From Trypanosoma brucei (taxonomy: Eukaryota): a stretch of DNA of 64,000 nt. The position numbers and the translations under genes are program-made. The stretch is taken from assembly GCA_000002445.1 (NCBI GenBank), contig CH464491.1, positions 2,464,001 through 2,528,000 on the forward strand, in the 5' to 3' direction. The notes beneath the pieces were generated by a model. That model made no database searches. It was not told where the DNA came from and saw only the letters and a list, made by a program, of their open reading frames with translations. Below are positions 51,001-59,142 of the stretch, one piece after another (positions within the stretch are counted from its first letter, which is position 1; every line of letters begins with the position of its first letter).

Positions 51001-52605
51001 GTGACGCTCCGACGTGGCTGGGGTGAAGACAGAAGTTCTGCTCCGTACCGGCTGAAGTGCGTAGGAAAGGCAAAACTAACAAGCATTTCTCAAGCGGCCC
51101 GCAATAGAAACATCGCTGAAAAGAAAGGGGGAATGTTAAGGCGTACAATTTTCCTGGGAAGGGTAACCCGCTCTTGGACCAAAGGATCTATAGTTAAGGC
51201 ATCGGCCCATTTCCCAGATTCTGTGAGGGCTGATCCCGCAGAAAGACGTAATGAAGACTCGTCTCCGAAGGAAAGCCGCACATGGTCTCTTCATGACGGC
51301 CCGTGCAGCGAACCTCTTCACGTTCCCAAACATATTCAATGGGCAACACAGAAGGTGAGAGTTTGGGGGCAACTAATGCGAGTGGATAAGGCTGCTGCAA
51401 TAAACCTCCTGCTTCAACCTTGTTACTGGGGAGCCAGTCTAGCAGTAACTCGGGCCATCGTCTGGGAGGGGGCGGATCCTGTCGTTTTGTTCGCTCCTTT
51501 CATTCCCGTACATTTGATCGTCCTGTTCGGCGCTGGTGCCTTTTTGGCTCGGGGTGCGGGTTGTATTATTAACGACATGTGTGACAGAAAGTTCGACCGA
51601 ATGGTAGAACGCACCAAAACACGGCCGCTTGCTAGCGGTGTTGTCAGCATGAAGGAGGCATCAGGCCTTCTCATAACAGTAGCTGGTTTTGCGCTTGTTA
51701 TTGCACTAAACCTGTCGCCCATGGCACTTGCTTCGGCGGTAGCGTTAGCTCCCATCGCGGCAGTTTATCCGCTCATGAAGCGTATAACCTACATGCCTCA
51801 GCTCGTTCTGGGACTTTGCTTCAACGGCGGCATTTTTGTTGGGTATGCTGCCGTGCTAAACCGCATTGATTTGGCCGTTACGCTTCCTATCTACTGCTCA
51901 GCCGTCGTGTGGACAGTTTTGTATGATACCATCTATGCGTACCAAGACAGGGCGGACGACCTGAAATGCGGTGTGAAGAGCTCGGCTATTCTTATTGGTG
52001 ACAGGAAGCATATTCTCACTTTCATGATACTCCCCATCGGCATGGGTATTCTTATTTCGGGATTGATGGTCTCACAGTCGCTTCCGTTTTACATCGGTGT
52101 CCTCTGTTGCGTTTGGTACCTTCAGGGTGTCGTTGATAACGTCAACATATACGATGCGTGGTCATGTGGTATGGGATTCCGCAGGAACGTACGATTTGCC
52201 ATCCTGGTTACTTTTTCTCTCTGCCTTGGAAACGTGTTGTGGGCACTCGCATCTGAGCACCAACCGGAAAAGGACGCCGCGAGCAACGCCATATCGGAAA
52301 AGTCGGCCTTGATGAAATTCCTTCTTTTGAATAAGGAAGCGGAACCCATGTCGTACAGCGTGCAAGATATTCGTTGGGTAGACCGTTTTGCGCATCCGGC
52401 ATTCGTGGCAGCGCAGAAGGCTCAACACGAGGGAGAGGAAAAAACGGTGGTGGTGCCGGCGTGGATGCGGCGTGAGTACCTGGGTGAGAATGTAGGGACT
52501 ATCATGCGCTTTTTTGGCGTTGACGAGGAAGCAATCCAAACTTGGCAAAAGTGGTGGTACGCGCAACTTGACCACTACAACATGTTCTCCAGCATCGCCG
52601 TTTAG
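51001..52605 (+). CDS. COQ2: 4-hydroxybenzoate polyprenyltransferase (UbiA/COQ2 family) with N- and C-terminal extensions
   Basis: UbiA motifs NDMCDRKFDRMVERTKTRPLASG (Asp-rich motif 1) and YAYQDRADD (motif 2), with multiple TM helices. Basic N-terminal region (alternative start at 51133, MLRRTIFLGR) fits mitochondrial import. About 130 aa of non-UbiA C-terminal tail. Confidence 0.8.
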   Translation: MTLRRGWGEDRSSAPYRLKCVGKAKLTSISQAARNRNIAEKKGGMLRRTIFLGRVTRSWTKGSIVKASAHFPDSVRADPAERRNEDSSPKESRTWSLHDGPCSEPLHVPKHIQWATQKVRVWGQLMRVDKAAAINLLLQPCYWGASLAVTRAIVWEGADPVVLFAPFIPVHLIVLFGAGAFLARGAGCIINDMCDRKFDRMVERTKTRPLASGVVSMKEASGLLITVAGFALVIALNLSPMALASAVALAPIAAVYPLMKRITYMPQLVLGLCFNGGIFVGYAAVLNRIDLAVTLPIYCSAVVWTVLYDTIYAYQDRADDLKCGVKSSAILIGDRKHILTFMILPIGMGILISGLMVSQSLPFYIGVLCCVWYLQGVVDNVNIYDAWSCGMGFRRNVRFAILVTFSLCLGNVLWALASEHQPEKDAASNAISEKSALMKFLLLNKEAEPMSYSVQDIRWVDRFAHPAFVAAQKAQHEGEEKTVVVPAWMRREYLGENVGTIMRFFGVDEEAIQTWQKWWYAQLDHYNMFSSIAV

Positions 52606-52817
52606 TGTCAAGACATGCTGCTAGCAGAGGGGAACATGGAAAAGCAACTGCGACTTGTGGGATTTGTCTTCATTGGACGGTCTGGGATTTGTTACTGAAA
52701 GAAGGTAAGAGATGGTTCAACAGCAGTCAAATAAACAAAATATATATATGTACATCGTTACCCCCCGCTCCCTCTCTACCCCCATTTTTCAGCACGGTCA
52801 GAAATACATGTGTCTGT

Positions 52818-53235
52818 TTTGAATTGGCATGAAGAGGAAGGAGATACTGATGAAGCATCTTATTCAGTGGGGTGTCGTATCACCGCCACACGTACAGTTA
52901 TCAACTTACCAACCTCACTCTCACTCTCACATCCACATATAATTTCCACACAACAAATAATGGGATTCACATTTCTTCCTGCCATCAGCTCGCTTTCCTT
53001 ATCCATTCAGGCGCCATCCTATCACATGGGCAGCGTGTAACGGAGATATACCTCCAAAGCTTTACGTTTATTCGCATGTCTCACGCTCTATGGTTTAACT
53101 GACCCGTTTGGATGATCAAAAGGGCAGCAGAACATGGCAGCTGCAGGGAAATATTTGTCAGCCCTTGCACTGATGCATACTCGCCTACAATTGACCGACT
53201 TTACACCAATACCTCGATTGCGCTAAGGTCTGTAT
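52818..53235 (+). repeat. Copy B of the same 0.42-kb element
   Basis: See copy A. Lies in the intergenic region between COQ2 (ends 52605) and the LRR gene (starts 53432). Confidence 0.85.
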
Positions 53236-53431
53236 GTGCTTGCAAGAATACTTTTTTTAGTAAACTACTCCGCTTCTCTTTTCATCTTTTTTTTTTGTGT
53301 CTCATTTTACCAGGTTACGGAGTAGGAGACTGATTGGGCCCACCATTGCGGAGATTATACATATCCTCGCTTCGCTGTGAGTCTGAAAGGGGACTCGGGT
53401 AACTTGTGAACACACAAGCCTCCTTTTTGAC

Positions 53432-55294
53432 ATGGAGAATGTGGTTATGGAAGCGGGGGAGGGAGGTTCTAAGTCGAATGCCCCGCAGAATGATGATGCA
53501 AGTGTCATGAATGCCTTGTACGAGCCGCCCCCTCCATTAGCTTCTGACGGTGTGGATGATGCCTTCATTGGCATGGCGTTAGAGGAATGTAGTTTACGGG
53601 ATGTTTATTCGTACAGCTGCCACAGATTTGGGGTCCGACCCAACGAAAACATCCTGCGGCAACTCCCTCCTGTTGCTGGTGATGAATGGGTTAGAAAAAT
53701 AAAGGTACTCGACTTTTCCGCGGTGTACCTTGGTGGTAAAGGGTGCCTTTCGCTCGTACCAATAATTGAACGTTGCACGGAGGCAACACATTTGATGATG
53801 CCCAACGTTGGCTTAACACACGAAGCGGCCGCGCCTCTTTTTGAAGTCATGCGGTACCACCCCAGTGTGTCGTGGATGGACGTATCGAAAAATCGCCTGA
53901 ACGATGATGTGGGTCGCTGGATTCTCAACGCCGTGATCGAAAACCCGAGGATAAGGTTCGTTCTTCTCCGAGATGCGGGTATTAGTCCACCGCTTCTGCA
54001 AAAAATCGAAAACCGTTTGCACGAACGAATGTATGGAACGGTGGAGGCTATAACTCCATCCATTCGCGTAACTTACGCCGAAGGATTTTCTCAACTGTTT
54101 GAATCCTCCCTTGGAACTGGTGCGAATGACACCGCAAGGGTTCCGGTGCATTACGTTCCCCCATCCGTGGCTGCAGGTCTTGTGGAATTACGACACCAAC
54201 TGTATCGCAATGCCGAATCCATGCGGTGCGTTTACAACTGTTTTACCCACAACCTCACACCGGAGTCGGGAGGGTGCGCAAGCGACGCAGGGACAGACGC
54301 AGAAGAATTACCGGAAACAAACAGTGAGGCCGGATTCGGCGCCCCTCACCCTGATCGCTGCTCGTGGCGGTCGTTTTTCTGTGGGCTACGCCTGCTTGGT
54401 GTCCGCGCCGTCTGCAAGTCCCTTGAAGATAGCGTGGCCTTCGCCAACTTATGCGGCATATGTAATGTTGAGACCGTACTTTTTGGAAAACTTATCCAGC
54501 TTTTGAGGCCGCATGTGGCGATTAAAGATGAGATGACGCCGGAATCACCGCCTGTGCGCGGGAACACTATTCCAAATCAGTTTGCCGACGTCTCGCCTCC
54601 GTTGGATGTGCAGCAGGGGGCATCGATGGATGCAGAAGAGATTCCATCAAGGGATCTAAGCGGCAACATGCGCGCAGCTACGCCTGAAATGGGGAAACCA
54701 CAAGCAGATACACCGTCTGTTCCTACCCAAGAGGCTGCCCGTATGGCCTCCGAAGCGAGATGCTCGCCACTCACCCTGAGGCCGCTGCATTGCACACTTC
54801 ACGAAAAAAGGTCGTCTTTAGGCCCATCCCTTTTGGACACATTCGTGACGACCCCGAGCATTGCTGGAGTGCATGCCAGTGGGCCCTTGGAGGCGCGGCT
54901 TCGGCTGGATCGTACGTTTGATTCACGGAACAAGCAGACTGTTGTGGACCAACTGTATGATGAACGTGTCACTCTTAGCGAAGTCTTCAAAAAAACAGGT
55001 GGCGAAGACCCTGATGCAAGTGCCCCATCTTACCTAGTGGATATAGATGAGGTGATTAAGCACGCCGTCTCTCGCGTAGGTGAGTCGAATCGGGAAATTG
55101 TGAAATCTTTGGTGGAGCCATGGGCTGTTGGCGTTGAGGATCGAGTGCTCGTGAATACTGAAGGTTGGTTAAGCTCCATGTACGTTCCCCAATTAGAGGC
55201 GTCAACGCTAATGCCGTTCTCGTTTTCTGAAGAAAAGCTTATCTGGGCCGGTGTCACGGTGGAGGAATTACGAGAGTCAGTTGACTTATGGTGA
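53432..55294 (+). CDS. Hypothetical protein (620 aa) with ribonuclease-inhibitor-type leucine-rich repeats
   Basis: LDFSAVYLGGKGCLSLVPIIERC...LMMPNVGLTHEAAAPLFEVM...MDVSKNRLNDDVGRWILNAV...FVLLRDAGISP is RNI-like LRR periodicity. Last gene of the + strand unit. Confidence 0.55.
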   Translation: MENVVMEAGEGGSKSNAPQNDDASVMNALYEPPPPLASDGVDDAFIGMALEECSLRDVYSYSCHRFGVRPNENILRQLPPVAGDEWVRKIKVLDFSAVYLGGKGCLSLVPIIERCTEATHLMMPNVGLTHEAAAPLFEVMRYHPSVSWMDVSKNRLNDDVGRWILNAVIENPRIRFVLLRDAGISPPLLQKIENRLHERMYGTVEAITPSIRVTYAEGFSQLFESSLGTGANDTARVPVHYVPPSVAAGLVELRHQLYRNAESMRCVYNCFTHNLTPESGGCASDAGTDAEELPETNSEAGFGAPHPDRCSWRSFFCGLRLLGVRAVCKSLEDSVAFANLCGICNVETVLFGKLIQLLRPHVAIKDEMTPESPPVRGNTIPNQFADVSPPLDVQQGASMDAEEIPSRDLSGNMRAATPEMGKPQADTPSVPTQEAARMASEARCSPLTLRPLHCTLHEKRSSLGPSLLDTFVTTPSIAGVHASGPLEARLRLDRTFDSRNKQTVVDQLYDERVTLSEVFKKTGGEDPDASAPSYLVDIDEVIKHAVSRVGESNREIVKSLVEPWAVGVEDRVLVNTEGWLSSMYVPQLEASTLMPFSFSEEKLIWAGVTVEELRESVDLW

Positions 55295-58008
55295 GGTTTA
55301 CTCTCTTTTGTTATTCACTAGAAGGATATGTGTAGTATATATTTCCCTATGTGAGTCGCTTATTTGCATACCGGTGAAGCGGTTCCTTATGGTGTCAGCG
55401 CCGATGCAGCAACACACGCCAAGACGACACCGCTCTGGTCGCTGGTGCTTTTTTTTTTTTTACTTCTATTTTTCTTTGCCCTCTGCGGCTACCAAAGGAG
55501 CCATCACAATTAGCAAAGGTAGAACTTAGTTGGCCGTACGGCGGGAAAGGTTGTGTGGTAGAATTGGTGTTGAATGTCCGGTGTTTTTCCAATATGTACG
55601 ATGCCGCGCAGAGGCGCAGTGAACCAGCAAAACTGTGGGGGACAAAAAGGAATATACTGATCTGCAAAAGGTCTCGGCTGACGTTTTACCACTTTTTGTG
55701 TACGGATGCGCCGAGACCGAGGTTGCAGTAAAACGTGGCACATAGGGAAAACGACAAAGAGCAATGCGAGCAGCCCCAATTGCAGGTCGCAGGCGCTCTA
55801 AGAAATAAAAGGAAGAGAATAGTGAGCAAGGCAATTCGGAAGCGTGGACCGGCGGGAAGTGCTCCGCGAGGAAAAAAAAATAAAGGCACGACTCAACAAA
55901 TCCACCTAAAAGTGCGGAGGAGAGCAGGATGGAATACATCAACTGCAACATTTATGGAACACAACACCAAGTCCAATTGCTTCCTGAAACAATTTTTTGG
56001 CGCTTGTGTAGAAAAGTGGAGCTGGAGCGGTGGAAACTCGCATGTGACTACATACTGCGATAAGTCATTAGTGAAAGGGAATTTGGGGTGGAGAGTGCAT
56101 ATGGGCAAAAATAGGTTTCCACAACAATTAAACACAAGATTGTTGATTGTTAGCAGTCGTCGCACTACCCGCTTGTGTGCAACAACTTGGCTGTGATATG
56201 GAAATGCTGTGAGCCGACGAGGTCGGGGGAGCGGATGCCAGTTTGGGGGGGCGAATCCCTTTCTTGATTTCCTCTGCCTGGCGCAAGAATGCACCCCCCC
56301 CCCAAAAAAAAAAGAAAACAGCTGGGGAAGCCGAGAAACACCACTGCCCAGGAGAGTATCAACGAGAAAGACAATCTCGCAAGGTTTAAATCCGACTAAT
56401 AACATTGTTGACAGCAACCCCTTTCTGATGTTCAGCAATTGTAATGTGTCTCTCGGCCCGGGGGGGGGGGGGGGAATCCTCTCCGGCACAATTGCACCAT
56501 GCCTTTTCCAACTCGAGCTCACGCTTCATCGGTAATATGGGAATGGGAAGAGGGTAGTTTGTCAGTAACCTTTCGTGCGACTTTGCTAGCATGTACTCCA
56601 CTTTCCCCTCCACACGTGTGGATATTTTCCCCCAGTTTGAGAACCCTTTCAACGGGCTTTTCCCCTAAGTCCCGGGCGTTACACCCCCACTCCCATGATG
56701 AGCCGTTTTGAGACTTCGCCACGAGACCGCCGGTATAACTCTGCGGTGAGGAGTTCATTATTTTCTTTTGTCCTGCGTCGCCGACGCAACCTCCACGATA
56801 AGAAGAAACCCCCGCTTTCCGCGAATGGGCCACTCACGTCAGTTGTCCACCCTCGCGCGAGGAACCACTTACCAGACGAAGTGAACTTAACAACCACCCT
56901 CGTACGATCTTGTTTTTGTATAAATATTGCCCCTCTTCCCGCACGCAGCTGCGCCAGCTACAGTCCGCGGTGCTCGGAACAAACCGTTTCTCGCTTTTTC
57001 CCGCATCCCTTTACTTTCCGCGCAAGCGCGATCCGAGGACACAATGCACGACTCCAGCTCCGACGATGCACCCACCATTTCCTAGAAACCCCTCCGACAA
57101 TGAATTCCTCACGAAACGCGTCATCTTAGTTCACGAGTCCAAAAACGAGAGATAAGGACAAAAATAATCTTGCAAAAGAGTGAGATGTTACTCAGGTTTG
57201 CACCAACATAAATTGCAGCCACACAGATGGGAAGGGAAGATAAGGGCGTGCGCACGCACGCATTAGTTGGATTCGAACAAACGAACATCCCGTTGATCAA
57301 GCACAATGCACTGACGAAATGGGCTGGCGAGACCGGGCTACTCATCCGCCCACTGCGAGCCGAAGGCAGTTGTCGATAATAGCAGGCACCATTTCGCACG
57401 TAAATTCATTACACAAACACGCAAGCAGTTCCTTCATTTGTTTTGGGTTCCAAGACAGCGCAACCCCGCCGCATTTTGCCCAATTCCCATACCCGCACGC
57501 ACGCACGTGCCACTCCCCGGGAAAAAGTTGGGTCAAGATAACTTTTGCCGAGCGCCTGACGTGTGAACTCGAATCTCCAACATGGTACCTGGAACACTGC
57601 AGTGAGCCGCTAGCGCCACAGTTATTTTCGTTGGGTACATCCCAACTGCTGTGGGAAACACTGCAACCCCGTCCTGTCCCGCGAACTGTCGCCCTAAACA
57701 TGTAGAACCCGTGGCATTTCCACTCCAATGCCGCACCCAATCGGTGATATCTTTCCCGCATTCCATGCGGATGTCAAGTTCATTCGCAAGAGATGCGCCT
57801 TCAAGCCAGCACGCCAACCCCTAGCCCACCATACGACCAAAGACACGGCATTCGCGTGGCTGCATTCAGTGGCGCGTACTCGCAAAACTGCAATGTGTTC
57901 GTAGATTTGTCAACAAAGTGAAAAAAAAATAATAATAATACACTCAATCCCATCATTTGAGTGAACGTGTGCAGTCACTAATTGCCGGTGCGACATACAA
58001 AACAAACC
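55295..58008. other. Convergent strand-switch region where the + and - transcription units meet; candidate Pol II termination zone
   Basis: All convincing genes upstream are on + and all downstream are on -. No long ORF on either strand. Contains a C11A10 tract (56295-56315) and a G15 tract (56461-56475). Confidence 0.7.
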
Positions 58009-58806
58009 TTATTCAAGTTCGCAAAGGATGCTTCGCTCCCAGCTTCCATCGATCGACAAGTCAACAAGCTCCGTGTTAACAACACTCTCCTGCTGCTGCA
58101 TACTCAAAAGAAAATGATGGAGCAAGCGAGGTGCGATAACGTGGGGAGTCGGCTCTGCCCCGCTCAATCCTCGTAGCCGGAGTTCCTCCACTAAAGACGT
58201 CGCTGCTTCGTTCGGCATCTCGCACATAACGATATCGTTGAAGTAAAGCAGATTATTACTCACATTCAGTCCCGCACCATGCATAGAGACCCAATTCCCC
58301 AGTTGAAGCCCGACGAACCCCATCTTTCGTGGTGCCACATCTCCCCAACTGTCGGACCAAACCCCAACCCTCCCTCGATGGGCGGGGATGTTGTATTCGC
58401 CCGCTACGTTAATCATAGCCTGTTCCAACACGGAACTAAACCACTCAATTGGGGAACGTGGTTTGTCAGAAGCCGTGCATTGCTTCCACAGAACCTGCAC
58501 GTTAACAATGGGGTACATAGTTACCTGCCCTGGTCCATGGAATGTGACGCCCCCTCCCCTCCTCGTCTTGACCACCTCGGCGGCACAACCCGCTTTGATG
58601 CCATTGGAAGTGTCTCGCCTGCCAATCGTGTAAACAGGAGACGAATGTTCCACAAGCAAAACAACGTTGGGGATGAGGCGAGCAGATTTGTCTCCACGAA
58701 TGTAGCGCATCTGCCTATCGATTTTCTTTCGAAAAATTGCCTCTTGCAGCCGCAGAACATCGTGGTAACGACGGCTTCCAAGGTTATACGCCCGCATTCC
58801 ATTCAT
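58009..58806 (-). CDS. lipB: Lipoyl(octanoyl) transferase LipB
   Basis: VLLVEHSSPVYTIGRRD...NGIKAGCAAEVVKTRRGGGVTFHGPGQVTMYPIVNVQ carries LipB/BPL family motifs: RGG.TYHGPGQ and the conserved Lys in MGFVGLQLGNW. First gene of the - strand unit. Confidence 0.85.
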   Translation of the reverse strand: MNGMRAYNLGSRRYHDVLRLQEAIFRKKIDRQMRYIRGDKSARLIPNVVLLVEHSSPVYTIGRRDTSNGIKAGCAAEVVKTRRGGGVTFHGPGQVTMYPIVNVQVLWKQCTASDKPRSPIEWFSSVLEQAMINVAGEYNIPAHRGRVGVWSDSWGDVAPRKMGFVGLQLGNWVSMHGAGLNVSNNLLYFNDIVMCEMPNEAATSLVEELRLRGLSGAEPTPHVIAPRLLHHFLLSMQQQESVVNTELVDLSIDGSWERSILCELE

Positions 58807-59142
58807 AAGAGGGGGGGACTACATTATTCAAAAAATAAAACATGAAAGTGCGAATGAAAGAGAGAAATGAAGCGCAAGAATCAAAGGTTGGTAATGCAGC
58901 ACACCCCTCAACCCCGGAATGTAAGGAGAATTTTAGCGGTTGTTGGTGTCTTCTTCAATTTACATCGTAATATATGCACATCTATCCTCGTTTTTAGAGA
59001 ACCAAAGGCCACGCCATAATCACCCTCCTTATGTGTTTCTATCATCTTCCTCCTTCATAATTCTCTCTAGAACATAGACAAGTTCCGACATCCAAGGCTG
59101 ACGCGACGACACTCAACATCTAATTGATCATTACCACTTGCC

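Noticed and set aside
56457-56480. G15 tract and nearby GAATCC motifs as possible tRNA T-arms
   Set aside because: No cloverleaf could be built around them. Treated as homopolymer features of the strand-switch region only.
57255-57345. tRNA-like GGATTCGAAC (T-arm reverse complement) at about 57268
   Set aside because: On the - strand the putative T-stem pairs poorly (4 of 5), and no complementary acceptor 5' strand occurs at the expected distance. No D-arm or anticodon arm could be built. Probably chance, or a badly decayed relic.
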